DNA from: Candidatus Latescibacterota bacterium
GTDB taxonomy: Bacteria; Latescibacterota; UBA2968; GCA-2709665
DNA: 64,000 nucleotides
NCBI GenBank assembly: GCA_965203805.1
Contig: OZ241917.1
Span: 2,304,001-2,368,000 of the forward strand
Direction: 5' to 3'
This document shows, piece after piece, positions 28,356 to 38,227 of this stretch. Position 1 is the stretch's first letter, and the number at the start of each line of letters is the position of its first letter. The notes beneath the pieces are model-generated. The model made no database searches, was not told where the DNA came from, and worked only from the letters and a program-made list of their open reading frames with translations. The position numbers were made by a program, and so were the translations under genes.

Positions 28356-28416
28356 CAAAATCATGTCACCAATAGAAGTTGGTGAAAATCGCCGTACGCA
28401 AGGCGAAAACGACCGG
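28356..28416. promoter_or_regulatory. Putative PspF-type upstream activating sequences
   Basis: tcaccaa/ttggtga inverted pair; ttggtgaaaatcgccgt and aaggcgaaaacgaccgg spaced 21 bp apart. Confidence 0.55.
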
Positions 28417-28560
28417 ATCGCACGGCCGTCGAATGCCTGATCATGAGCGGTGCCGACTTGTCTTTTGGTAACAAATGGCGTAATATCTGAGGTGCTCTGC
28501 CGGTTGAAACCGACCGGTGCGGTCGCCGTTTCATTCGAGTTGCGGTGTTAGACCATCATT

Positions 28561-29682
28561 ATGAAAAACTGTCGCCATTTGCGCCTGCTCAGTGTCGCTC
28601 TCTGCATGGTCATGTTGCTCGCCAGCCCCCTTGCCGGGCTCTCGCTGGTGTACACGGTCCGGAAGGGGGACTCTCTCTGGTCCATTGCACAGGAGAACGG
28701 GACGAGCATCCGGGAGATCAAGCGAATCAACAAGCTGCGCACCAATAACGTCTATCCGGGCCAGGTGCTGCGCCTGGGCCCGCGGATCGTCAAATACGAC
28801 GCGCCAAACGGTCCGTACTACTGGCGAAAGCCAAGGGCATCGAGGCAAAGGCATCGCAGCTACTCCGAGCGCGCGCGCTCGGCCCCAAGTGTAGACTATC
28901 GCCGGGCCCAGACCCTGCTGCGCGCCTTCGACAACGAGATTCTCGCCAAGGCGCCCAAGCGAAGGAAGAAACCGCTGAAGGGCTGGTGGATCGTACTCGA
29001 CCCGGGGCACGGGGGCATCGATCCGGGCGCGATCGTTTCCAATTTGACGGGCAAGAAACGGCGGGTCTACGTTGTCGAGGATGAGTATGTATACGATATC
29101 GCACTGCGGGTGTACAAGAGACTTCGGCTTTTGGGCGCGGAGGTGACACTCACGGTGATCAGCCCCAATCATCTGATTCGGGAAAACCAGGAGGCCAAAG
29201 TTACATTTGTCCACGAACAGAACGAAGTCTATAACGATGAACGGTACAATCGGAGGAATTCGGACAAGGTGCGGCCCAGGAGCGCCAATCTCTCACAGCG
29301 CGTCCGGGTTGCGAACCGCTTCGTCAAGCGGGCGCGCGGGGGCAGGAGCCTGTTTATCTCGCTGCACGCGGACAACACTCCCGGACGACCTAGGGGAGCC
29401 CTGGCGATCTATCATAAACGGCGGGGCAGGGTTGACAGCCGGTCCAGGTCATTCGCCCGCGTCATGCGTTCGGTCCTGCACCGGCGGGACCTTCCGGCGC
29501 GGGTCAAGGGGCGGAATCTTGCGGTGTTGCGGAACAATCTGGCCCACGCGGAGATTCTGGTCGAGGTCCACAACGTCCACTATGAGAGCGACGCTTATCT
29601 GATCCGGTACCATAAGCATCGGGAGCGCGACGCGGATCGGCTGGTAAACGGCATCCTGGCGTATGCCAGGACAAAGCGATGA
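28561..29682 (+). CDS. LysM-domain N-acetylmuramoyl-L-alanine amidase (Amidase_3)
   Basis: Signal peptide, LysM (YTVRKGDSLWSIA), LDPGHGG, ISLHAD, ILVEV. Confidence 0.9.
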   Translation: MKNCRHLRLLSVALCMVMLLASPLAGLSLVYTVRKGDSLWSIAQENGTSIREIKRINKLRTNNVYPGQVLRLGPRIVKYDAPNGPYYWRKPRASRQRHRSYSERARSAPSVDYRRAQTLLRAFDNEILAKAPKRRKKPLKGWWIVLDPGHGGIDPGAIVSNLTGKKRRVYVVEDEYVYDIALRVYKRLRLLGAEVTLTVISPNHLIRENQEAKVTFVHEQNEVYNDERYNRRNSDKVRPRSANLSQRVRVANRFVKRARGGRSLFISLHADNTPGRPRGALAIYHKRRGRVDSRSRSFARVMRSVLHRRDLPARVKGRNLAVLRNNLAHAEILVEVHNVHYESDAYLIRYHKHRERDADRLVNGILAYARTKR

Positions 29683-29787
29683 TTTCCCGGTGATCGCATT
29701 CGAACGTGGCCGTCAACGGGCGCCGGTGGCGTTGATCGCCGGTCCTCGCAGATTCCGGTGCGGCAGACCGGAGAATCACGGCCTGGC

Positions 29788-32232
29788 CTACCGCATGAAT
29801 CTCCTGATCCGGAGTGAATTCGAGATGACCGAGACGGAACTCAGGGCCATGGCGCCGGCCGCGACCATGGGACCCCCGAGCGGATTGAGCAGGCCGAGCG
29901 CGGCGACCGGAATCAGCAGAACGTTGTAGACGAACGCCCAGAACAGGTTCTGGCGGATCGTGCGCATGGTCCGGCCCGACAGGCGGATGGCGGTTTCTAT
30001 TCCGGACAGGCTGCCGGACATCAGGGTGATGTCCGCGGTTTCCATGGCGACGCCCGTGCCGGTCCCCATGGCGATGCCGACGTCCGCGGTCGCGAGGGCG
30101 GGCGCGTCGTTGACGCCATCCCCGACCATGGCGACTCGGTGACGCCCGGCTTGCAGGGTTGCGATTCGGGCGGCTTTCTCGTCGGGCATCACCCCGGCGA
30201 TGACCTGTGCGATACCTGCCTGCTCCGCGATGGCGCGGGCGGTTCCGGGGTGATCTCCCGACAGGAGGATGACGTCCAGTTCCAGTGACTTCAGATCGGA
30301 GACGACGCCGGCCGCGTCGGGCTTCAGGACGTCCGCGACACCAATGAGCCCTTCCACCTGATTGTCGACGACAACAAACAGGACCGTCTTGCCGCCGGCT
30401 TCGAGACGTGCGGCCCGTGCGTCCAGGTCGTCAGGCACTGAAGTATGACGCTGCATCAACCGCCGGTTGCCCAGAAAAATGGCGCGACCGGCTTTTTTTG
30501 CGCGTATGCCCAGCCCTGGCAGGGCTTCGAATTCCAGGGCATCTTCCGCTGACAGTCCCCGTTCCCGCGCCGCGTTTCGGATCGCCGCCCCGAGGGGGTG
30601 TTCGGAGCCCCGCTCGGCTGCAGAGGCGAACTGAAGGATTTCCGTTTCCGTGCATGATCCGGCGGTGACCAGATCGGTCACGGCGGGCCGGCCGGTCGTC
30701 AGGGTACCTGTCTTGTCCAGGACAATCGTGTCGAGCCGGTGCGCGGATTCGAGGATGTCGCCGCCCTTGATGAGAACCCCGAGTTCCGCCGCACGGCCGG
30801 TGCCCACCAGAATGGCGGTCGGTGTGGCAAGGCCGAGCGCGCAAGGACAGGCGATGATGAGGACCGCAACGGCGTTGAGCAGCGCGTCGGGGTCGCCGGA
30901 ACCTGAACCCGCGATCCACCACAGGGCGAACGTCATCACCGCAATCCCGAAAACCACAGGTACAAAAACGCCGGCAACGCGGTCTGCGACGCGCTGAACG
31001 GGCGCGCGCGAGCCCTGAGCCTGCCGCACCATCCGGACGATTCGCGCGTGCACCGTCTCGGCGCCGACCTGCGACGCCTCGAAAGTAAAGCTTCCCGTCC
31101 CGTTGAGGGTTGCCCCCAGGACACGGCTGCCGACGCCCTTCTCAACGGGCATGCTTTCCCCTGAAATCACGGATTCGTCGATGCTGGATGAGCCGTCCCG
31201 AACAACCCCGTCCACCGGGATTCTGTCGCCCGGCCTGATGCGAATCAGGTCTCCGGCGGCGACGTCGTCCAAGGGAACGAGCGATTCTTCGCCATCGCGA
31301 ATCACGCAGGCGGTCTGCGGGCGGAGGTCCATTAATCCGCGGATCGCTTCGGTGATGCGCCCGCGGGAGCGGATTTCCAGGACCCGTCCCAGAAGGATGA
31401 GCGTAACGATCATCGCTGAGGTGTCGAAGTAGACATTTACGGGCTGGCCCTCTCCGGCGACGGACGTGGGCGCCAGCACGCCGGCGACGCTGTATCCGTA
31501 CGCCGCAAGCGTTCCGACGGCAATGAGGCTGTTCATGTCTGCAGTCCCATGGCGCAGGGCGCTCCAGAACCCTTTGAGAAACCGCCAGCCGCACCAGAAT
31601 TGCACGGGGGTTGCCAGGACGAACAGCAACAGATGCACCTCTCGCAGGGAGAACGGCGTACTATGGATCTTTTGCACCATCCCCACGCCCATAATGAGTG
31701 TTGACAGCACAGCCGCAACGACGAAACGCACACGCGCCGCACGGCGATCCTCGAGTTCCGTCGTCCGGTCTCCGTCTTCTACGGTTGCACTCTCCTCCAG
31801 GGCCGTCGCGCCGTATCCGGCATCGACTGCCGCCCCGGTGAGAAAGGACGCGTCGACGTGGAGATGGCGGACAGTCGCGTGACCGGTTGCAAGGTTGACC
31901 GTGGCGTCAATGACGCCGGGAATCCCGTTTAATGCACTCTCGACGCGGGAAACGCAGGCGGCACAACTCATGTCGTGAATGACGAGCGTCGATTCGGCGG
32001 TGCGCAGACCATAGCCGAGACGCTCGACTCTCCGGACAAGCTGCTCTTCGTCGGCCAGATCGGGACTGAGCAGCAATGTCGCCTCGGCCGTCGCGAAATT
32101 GACGACCGCCTCGTTTACGCCGCTGGTTTCCTTCAGCTCTTTCTGAATCCGGGCGGCGCAGGCGGCACAACTCATGCCGCTGACGGGCACGGTCAGGCGG
32201 ACGGCAGGATTCGATTCGAGAATTCGGGTCAT
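29788..32232 (-). CDS. copA: Cu(I)-translocating P1B-type ATPase
   Basis: Two MSCAAC heavy-metal domains, [27 protein letters not shown] and MALSS. Confidence 0.93.
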   Translation of the reverse strand: MTRILESNPAVRLTVPVSGMSCAACAARIQKELKETSGVNEAVVNFATAEATLLLSPDLADEEQLVRRVERLGYGLRTAESTLVIHDMSCAACVSRVESALNGIPGVIDATVNLATGHATVRHLHVDASFLTGAAVDAGYGATALEESATVEDGDRTTELEDRRAARVRFVVAAVLSTLIMGVGMVQKIHSTPFSLREVHLLLFVLATPVQFWCGWRFLKGFWSALRHGTADMNSLIAVGTLAAYGYSVAGVLAPTSVAGEGQPVNVYFDTSAMIVTLILLGRVLEIRSRGRITEAIRGLMDLRPQTACVIRDGEESLVPLDDVAAGDLIRIRPGDRIPVDGVVRDGSSSIDESVISGESMPVEKGVGSRVLGATLNGTGSFTFEASQVGAETVHARIVRMVRQAQGSRAPVQRVADRVAGVFVPVVFGIAVMTFALWWIAGSGSGDPDALLNAVAVLIIACPCALGLATPTAILVGTGRAAELGVLIKGGDILESAHRLDTIVLDKTGTLTTGRPAVTDLVTAGSCTETEILQFASAAERGSEHPLGAAIRNAARERGLSAEDALEFEALPGLGIRAKKAGRAIFLGNRRLMQRHTSVPDDLDARAARLEAGGKTVLFVVVDNQVEGLIGVADVLKPDAAGVVSDLKSLELDVILLSGDHPGTARAIAEQAGIAQVIAGVMPDEKAARIATLQAGRHRVAMVGDGVNDAPALATADVGIAMGTGTGVAMETADITLMSGSLSGIETAIRLSGRTMRTIRQNLFWAFVYNVLLIPVAALGLLNPLGGPMVAAGAMALSSVSVISNSLRIRRFMR

Positions 32233-32292
32233 GGTTGACCTGTCCGGGTTGGCTCAGTAGCGCGAAACGCTTCCGAGTGTGCTCTCCTGAGA

Positions 32293-33315
32293 TTATTCCA
32301 CGGACGCGGGACCTGAAAAATGGTCGAAACCGCGCGTCTTGAGTTCCGTTCTCGCACCCCGAGCATCTTCGAGATGGATACGTCCGTCCCCCGCCTCGAT
32401 CCAACCGATGCGGCGGATCCGTGACCCGGCGGCGAGCGCATCGATCTCGCGTCTGCCTCCGGGAGACGCCGTAAACAGCAGTTCATAGTCCTCCCCGCCC
32501 GTAATCGGCAGACTCCGTGCTCCCGGAGTCGAGAGTTCGCAGAACCGGCGGAACGCCGGTGAAACGGGAATCTCCGACTCGCGGATCACCGCGGAAACGC
32601 CGCTCTGCCTGCAGATATGGCGCAAATCCGAAGCCATCCCGTCCGAAAGATCCAGCATCGACGTTACGGCGCCCGATGCCGCCAGCGCCTGACCCAACGC
32701 TACCCTGGGCACCGGCCGGTGGTGCCTGCCCAGCAGAAACTCCCGGTCGTCCGCAGAAAGCCCGATCTCGCCGCCCATCGCCAGCTTCAACCCCGCCGCG
32801 GAGTCCCCAAGGGTGCCGGACACGTAAATCAGATCGCCGGGACGGGCGCCGGAGCGGTAGCACACCAGGTCCCGATCCATCTCGCCGGTCAGCGTCAGAT
32901 TCATCACCAGCGGCCCGGTACTCCGCGTGGTGTCGCCCCCCACGACGTTCACGCCAAAGCGCGACGCCAATGCGCGTAGTCCGCCGTATACGCGTTCCAT
33001 GTAGTCGACGTCGAAATCAGGCGGAACCGCCAGGGAGACCAGCGCCTCCCCAGGCTCCCCGCCCATCGCCGCGACATCGGACAGATTGACGGCAAGCAGC
33101 TTGTGACCCAGCGACCCTGCATCGGACGCTCCGACCTCGAAATGCACGCCTTCTACCATCAGGTCGGTCGTGATGAGGCGCACCCGTTCTCGTCCGCACG
33201 AAATCACGGCGCAATCGTCCCCGATACCACGCCGTACGTCCCCCGTCCGCGACAATCCTGCCGCCGCAATCCGCTCGATAAATTCGAATTCTCCCATCTC
33301 CCGAAACGTCGTCAC
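32293..33315 (-). CDS. thiL: Thiamine-monophosphate kinase
   Basis: GEFEFI, GIGDDCA, VNLSDVAAMGG, GGDT, DLSDG, GGEDYELLFT, GFDHF. Confidence 0.95.
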   Translation of the reverse strand: MTTFREMGEFEFIERIAAAGLSRTGDVRRGIGDDCAVISCGRERVRLITTDLMVEGVHFEVGASDAGSLGHKLLAVNLSDVAAMGGEPGEALVSLAVPPDFDVDYMERVYGGLRALASRFGVNVVGGDTTRSTGPLVMNLTLTGEMDRDLVCYRSGARPGDLIYVSGTLGDSAAGLKLAMGGEIGLSADDREFLLGRHHRPVPRVALGQALAASGAVTSMLDLSDGMASDLRHICRQSGVSAVIRESEIPVSPAFRRFCELSTPGARSLPITGGEDYELLFTASPGGRREIDALAAGSRIRRIGWIEAGDGRIHLEDARGARTELKTRGFDHFSGPASVE

Positions 33316-33388
33316 GGGTTCTCCACCGGAATCGTCGATGCGCTCCGTCAAGAAAGGGCAGGCGAGTCCGTACACGGGGCGGATCGGC

Positions 33389-34156
33389 TCACGCTGAACG
33401 CTCGCGCCGCCGCTGCCAGGCCACGACTTCCGCATAGGGCACGTCGCCGCCGAATATATCCAGTGCGCTGCCGATTGTCAGACCGACGCGCCCTTTACCC
33501 AGTCTCTCGACGCGGTCCAGGTCTTCCAGGCGCCGGGCGCCGCCGGCGTACGTCACTTCGATGGGCGATTCGGCCCCGAGCATCTCCACAAGCGAATCTT
33601 CAATCCCCGTCCGCTTGCCCTCGACGTCCACCCCGTGCACAAGGAAGCCGTCGCAGAATTCCGAAAGCCAGGCCAACGTTGGACCGTCCACCTGAACGCT
33701 GGTGAACTTCTGCCACAGGTCGGTCACCACCAGATACGCATCGCCCCGTCTTCGGCAGCTCAGATCCAGCACCAGTCTGTCACGACCGACAGTACCCGCC
33801 ATCATGTCCAGTCGGTCGGTATCCACGCGCCCGTCTCGAAACACATACGAAGTGACGATCACGTGGCTGGCGCCGGCATCCAGATATCGCAGCGCGTTCT
33901 CCGGCCGGATGCCGCCACCCACCCGGAACCCGCCGGGCCAGGCGGACAGCGCCGCCAGGGCCGCGGACTCGTTGCCCGGGCCCAGCATGATGACGTGGCC
34001 TCCCGGCAGGTTGTCGGCCCTGTACAGCTCCGCGTAGTCGGCCGCCGCGCGGTCTGTCTCAAAGTTCGTCGCCGGCGTTTCACCGCCTCGCACGGATCCA
34101 CCCACAATTTGCACCACGCGCCCGCCGCGCAGATCGATACACGGCCTGAAATTCAC
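33389..34156 (-). CDS. hisA: ProFAR isomerase, His6 (eukaryotic-type) HisA
   Basis: FRPCIDLRGGRVVQIVGG, GGHVIMLG, LVLDLSCR, HGVDVEG, TIGSALDIFGG. Confidence 0.92.
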   Translation of the reverse strand: MNFRPCIDLRGGRVVQIVGGSVRGGETPATNFETDRAAADYAELYRADNLPGGHVIMLGPGNESAALAALSAWPGGFRVGGGIRPENALRYLDAGASHVIVTSYVFRDGRVDTDRLDMMAGTVGRDRLVLDLSCRRRGDAYLVVTDLWQKFTSVQVDGPTLAWLSEFCDGFLVHGVDVEGKRTGIEDSLVEMLGAESPIEVTYAGGARRLEDLDRVERLGKGRVGLTIGSALDIFGGDVPYAEVVAWQRRRERSA

Positions 34157-34443
34157 GGAGTTGCCTCGCTGCAGACGGAAAATCGGACGGCCGCGCCATA
34201 CGACGCCCGATGCCGGAACCGTGCAGGCTTCCTGTGTTGTCACCGCATCCGTCTCGCCCGGAAGGTCCGGAAGACAGCCGTTTCAATATAACGTACAATA
34301 CCACCCACTTCAACCCTCGCCCAGCCGTTACAACGCCAAGAAAAAACCGAAGGCTCGCGCCTCCGGCGTTGACATCGCGCATTTGGAAGACCACTTCAAC
34401 AACCACCCCCGGAAACGGCCCGCCATTGGCCGCGGGGATCCGT

Positions 34444-37400
34444 TCAGTCGTCGGCGGACTGATGGTAGGCGGCATTGCGGGAAAACGCGGCGCTGACGAT
34501 TCTTTGCAGAACGGCGCGCAGGTCGTCCAGCAGCGTGTAGCATATCGGCACAAGCAGCAGGGTCAGAAACGTGGACGCCAGCAACCCGCCCATCAGGGTC
34601 CGGCCAAGCGGCGCGTAGGGAATCCCGATGAGATTGCTGTTGCCCAATGCCATTGGCAACAGGCCGCACACCGTGGTAAACGTGGTCATCAGAATGGGGC
34701 GAAACCGGTTGTGCCCGGCCTCCAGAATAGCCTCGGTCCGGTTCATGCCCTCTTGACGCATTCGGTTTATCATATCCACCAGGACAATGGCGTTGTTGAC
34801 AACGACGCCGATAAGTACAATCATGCCGATGTTGGCCATCATGTCCATCGGCGTGCCGGTCAGATAGAGCGTCCAGTACACCCCCAGGAACGAAAACGGA
34901 ATGGAAAACAACACCGAAAACGGAAGAACCACGGACTCGAACAACACCCCCATCAGCAGAAAGACGCACGTTACTGCCATCACCACCGCAAAAATCGTCT
35001 CGTTGTCCGACTCCTGGAACCTGGCGAAGCGTTCGCCCTTGTTCCACGAATATCCCCGCGGCATATGGAAGCCGGCCATCGCCCGATCGATTTCGGCGTA
35101 AAGACCCTTCAGATCATCCTTTGTCGTAAACGCCTTCACCGGCAGACGCGTCTTGCCGTCTTCCCTCCGGATTCTCTCGCGCCCCGGCGTCACCTTGAAA
35201 GTGGCCAATTCGGACAGGGGGATTTCCTCTCCGGATGCCGACCTGAACATGAAACTCTTGAGGTGATGCAGCGTCTGCCGGTCCGCCTCTTCCAGGTACA
35301 GTCGCGTATCCACCTCGCGCTCACCGGACTGGTACCGGGGCAGGCTCACGCCCTGCATCGTGAAGGCCAGGGTCCGCGCCACGACCTGCGGCGAAATCCC
35401 GTAGCGCCTCGCGCGGACTCGATGAATATGGACCTGCACCTCGTCTGTGGACCGTTCCAGGTCGGAATCCACGTTCACGACCGAGGGAATCTGCCGGAGC
35501 CGGCGCTCGACTTCCGTCACGAGGCCGGCCAGCACCTCGGTGTCGTCTCCGTAGAGATAGACCGAAACCGAAGGATCGCCGCCGCCACGGGCGCGGCTCT
35601 CCACGCCGATCCGAACGCCCACGTACTTGGGCATGTTCTTCTTCAGGTCAGCGATGACCTCCGTACGGGCGATCGTGTTGTCCACCGGAACGCCCAGACC
35701 CGACCGCAGGTTCTTGTACGCGACGTACCACCACGCCTCGTTGGGATTCGCATCCAGAAAAATCTCGAAATTCCCCCGGGTCTTGCGGAACCAGGACCGG
35801 ATGGTCCGGATGCCGTATGCCTCTCGCTTTGAATTCAGAAACTCCTCGACCTCGTTCATCAGTTCAAAGGTCTCGTATGTCGTAAAGTCGCGGGGGGTCC
35901 GAATATTGATATCTATATCGTTGATATTGCCACGAGAGGAATCCGACCGTTTCATTTTGTCCGCCGGAATCGCGATGGTCGCAAAAACCGCCAGGAGGAT
36001 CAATATGGCGTCCCTGCGGTGGCTCAACGCCCAGTTCAGCACGCGCCCGTAGCGCGTCCGCGCCCAGCCGATGGACTTCGAATCCGGCTTTACCCGGCTG
36101 CCCCCGAACCGCACCGAAGCCAGTGGAATGATCAGGAGCGCCACGAACAACGATCCCACCAGCATCACAATGACCGGGACGCCCATGCGAGAGAGATAGA
36201 ACGTCATCCCCACGTTCCCGGTCATCAACATCAACGGCAGAAAGACTACAACCGTGGTCAGCGTGGCCATGGTAATCGCCATGGCAACTTCGCTGGCGCC
36301 CGCCACGGCTGCAGGCCGGGGGGATTCGCCCTTCTCGCGCCGCCGGTAGATGTTCTCCAGGATGACGACGGCATTGTCCACAACCATCCCCACACCCACC
36401 ATCAATCCCATCATCGTCATGAGATTCAGAGACCACCCGGAAAAATAAAGCACCGTTACGGTTATCATGGCGCACAGCGGTATGGACAGCGTGATGATGG
36501 CCGTCATACGTAGGACGCGCAGGAAGAACAGAAGAACCAGCGCGGCGAACAACCCGCCCCAGAGGCCCGTATTCCTCAAATTGGCAACGGACGCCCGGAT
36601 GAGTTCGCCCTGGTTGAAAAACACATTGAACTGGATCCTGCCCGCCGCGGCGGACCCGGTCTCGATCTCCTCGAGCGCCGCTGAAACACGGTCGCACACC
36701 GTGGCGATATCGGCCCCCGACTCGGCCTTGATGCCCACGGAAGAAGCCGGTTGGCCGTCGATTCTCTGATACCAGCTTCGGGCCGGGATATCGTAGACAA
36801 CGTCGGCGACTTCCCGCAATCTGACGACGCCCCGGCGCGAGCTTATAGGGATATTTCCGACCTCGTCGAGAGTGCGGTACCGCGCCAGGGAACGGACGTA
36901 GAATTTCTTGGCGCCTTCGTTGACGTAACCGCTCTTGAGCGCGAAATTGTCGTTCTGCAGGCTTTGTACCATCTCATAGATATTCACGCCCCTCGCCATC
37001 AGTTGCTCGCGGTTGATTTCGATCATCACCTCTTTGGGGTCGGCGCCCCAAAGTTCCACTCTGGCCACTCCTTCGATGCGTTCAAGGGGCCGTTGAACGT
37101 GCGTTTCCAGGAAACGGTACACGTCCACGATCGTGGAGTCCAGGGCCGCGCCGATCCACATGATGTTCCAGCCCTCGTCATTGTACTTCCAGACGAAGAC
37201 ATTGTCCCGCACCTCCTCCGGGAGTTCCGGTTTGAGCCGGTCCAGTTGATCCCTCAACTGGTTGTACGCCAGGGTCATGTCGGCATCCTGCTGAAACCGG
37301 AGGGGGGCGCCCACACCGCGGCTGTCCGTGTACGTCCGGACCTGTTCGATTCCCTTGATGGTCCGCAGACGCTCCTCGAGGGGGCGTGTGATCTGCTGTT

Positions 37401-37626
37401 CGACCTCCTGAGGTGTGGCGTTCGAGCCGGGATACCGTACGCTCAACCACAGGAAGGGCGGATCGAATCCGGCCGGCATCATCTTCACCGCGATCCGCGA
37501 ATAGGCGACGGCGCCCATAACGAGCAGGGCGATCAGACACACCGTGATTGTTACGGGTCGATTGACGGATATGGATGAAAGAAGGGAGGATCGGCTGTTC
37601 ATCGGAAACGGCGCTCCATCAGGCAT
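34444..37626 (-). CDS. RND efflux permease subunit (AcrB/AcrD/AcrF family)
   Basis: RPVT N-terminus, GMVVDNAVVILEN, GVVVNNAIVLVD, RFRPILMTT. Confidence 0.93.
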   Translation of the reverse strand: MPDGAPFPMNSRSSLLSSISVNRPVTITVCLIALLVMGAVAYSRIAVKMMPAGFDPPFLWLSVRYPGSNATPQEVEQQITRPLEERLRTIKGIEQVRTYTDSRGVGAPLRFQQDADMTLAYNQLRDQLDRLKPELPEEVRDNVFVWKYNDEGWNIMWIGAALDSTIVDVYRFLETHVQRPLERIEGVARVELWGADPKEVMIEINREQLMARGVNIYEMVQSLQNDNFALKSGYVNEGAKKFYVRSLARYRTLDEVGNIPISSRRGVVRLREVADVVYDIPARSWYQRIDGQPASSVGIKAESGADIATVCDRVSAALEEIETGSAAAGRIQFNVFFNQGELIRASVANLRNTGLWGGLFAALVLLFFLRVLRMTAIITLSIPLCAMITVTVLYFSGWSLNLMTMMGLMVGVGMVVDNAVVILENIYRRREKGESPRPAAVAGASEVAMAITMATLTTVVVFLPLMLMTGNVGMTFYLSRMGVPVIVMLVGSLFVALLIIPLASVRFGGSRVKPDSKSIGWARTRYGRVLNWALSHRRDAILILLAVFATIAIPADKMKRSDSSRGNINDIDINIRTPRDFTTYETFELMNEVEEFLNSKREAYGIRTIRSWFRKTRGNFEIFLDANPNEAWWYVAYKNLRSGLGVPVDNTIARTEVIADLKKNMPKYVGVRIGVESRARGGGDPSVSVYLYGDDTEVLAGLVTEVERRLRQIPSVVNVDSDLERSTDEVQVHIHRVRARRYGISPQVVARTLAFTMQGVSLPRYQSGEREVDTRLYLEEADRQTLHHLKSFMFRSASGEEIPLSELATFKVTPGRERIRREDGKTRLPVKAFTTKDDLKGLYAEIDRAMAGFHMPRGYSWNKGERFARFQESDNETIFAVVMAVTCVFLLMGVLFESVVLPFSVLFSIPFSFLGVYWTLYLTGTPMDMMANIGMIVLIGVVVNNAIVLVDMINRMRQEGMNRTEAILEAGHNRFRPILMTTFTTVCGLLPMALGNSNLIGIPYAPLGRTLMGGLLASTFLTLLLVPICYTLLDDLRAVLQRIVSAAFSRNAAYHQSADD

Positions 37627-37813
37627 CGCGCGGCGTCGTGCACTTCCGGCGGTCTGAGACGGTTGCGGGTCACAACGTTAAGACGCGCCAGCGCCGGATA
37701 TGATTCAGACATTCGATAGAAGACGCAGGCGATGCGGAAGGAAAAGCGCCCGGGTTGGGATCCCGGCAACGGAACCGGCGGCCGGCGAATGGTTGAGCGG
37801 ATGCCGGCTGCCT

Positions 37814-38152
37814 TTACGATGCGTCCACGATGCGGCGAAGCGATTTCTTGCGGGACTGCCGGCGTTTCTGCTCCAGGCGTTTTTCTCTGGAGGCGCGCGA
37901 GGGTCTGGTTGGTATTCGGGATCTGACCGTGTGATTCAATCCGATGAGTTTTCGCCGGAGACGCTGGAGGGCGAGGTCTCTGTTGCGTCCCTGGAAACGA
38001 TGTTCCGACGCAACGACCGTGATACCCGTGGGAATGTGTATGAGCCTGACCGCGCTTTCAACCTTGTTGCGGTGCTGGCCTCCGGGTCCCCCGCCGCGAA
38101 AGGGATGGAATCGCACTTCCTTGAGGAGTATATCGGGATTGGTATTATACAT
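37814..38152 (-). CDS. Class I release-factor-like peptidyl-tRNA hydrolase (ArfB-like)
   Basis: GGPGGQHRNKVESAVRLIHIPTG and basic tail RIPTRPSRASREKRLEQKRRQSRKK. Confidence 0.88.
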   Translation of the reverse strand: MYNTNPDILLKEVRFHPFRGGGPGGQHRNKVESAVRLIHIPTGITVVASEHRFQGRNRDLALQRLRRKLIGLNHTVRSRIPTRPSRASREKRLEQKRRQSRKKSLRRIVDAS

Positions 38153-38227
38153 GCCGGGATCCCGGTCACTTCTCCGCCGCTCCGGTCTCGCCATACCGGA
38201 CCGGATGCGGGATCCTGCGACCCTCAT

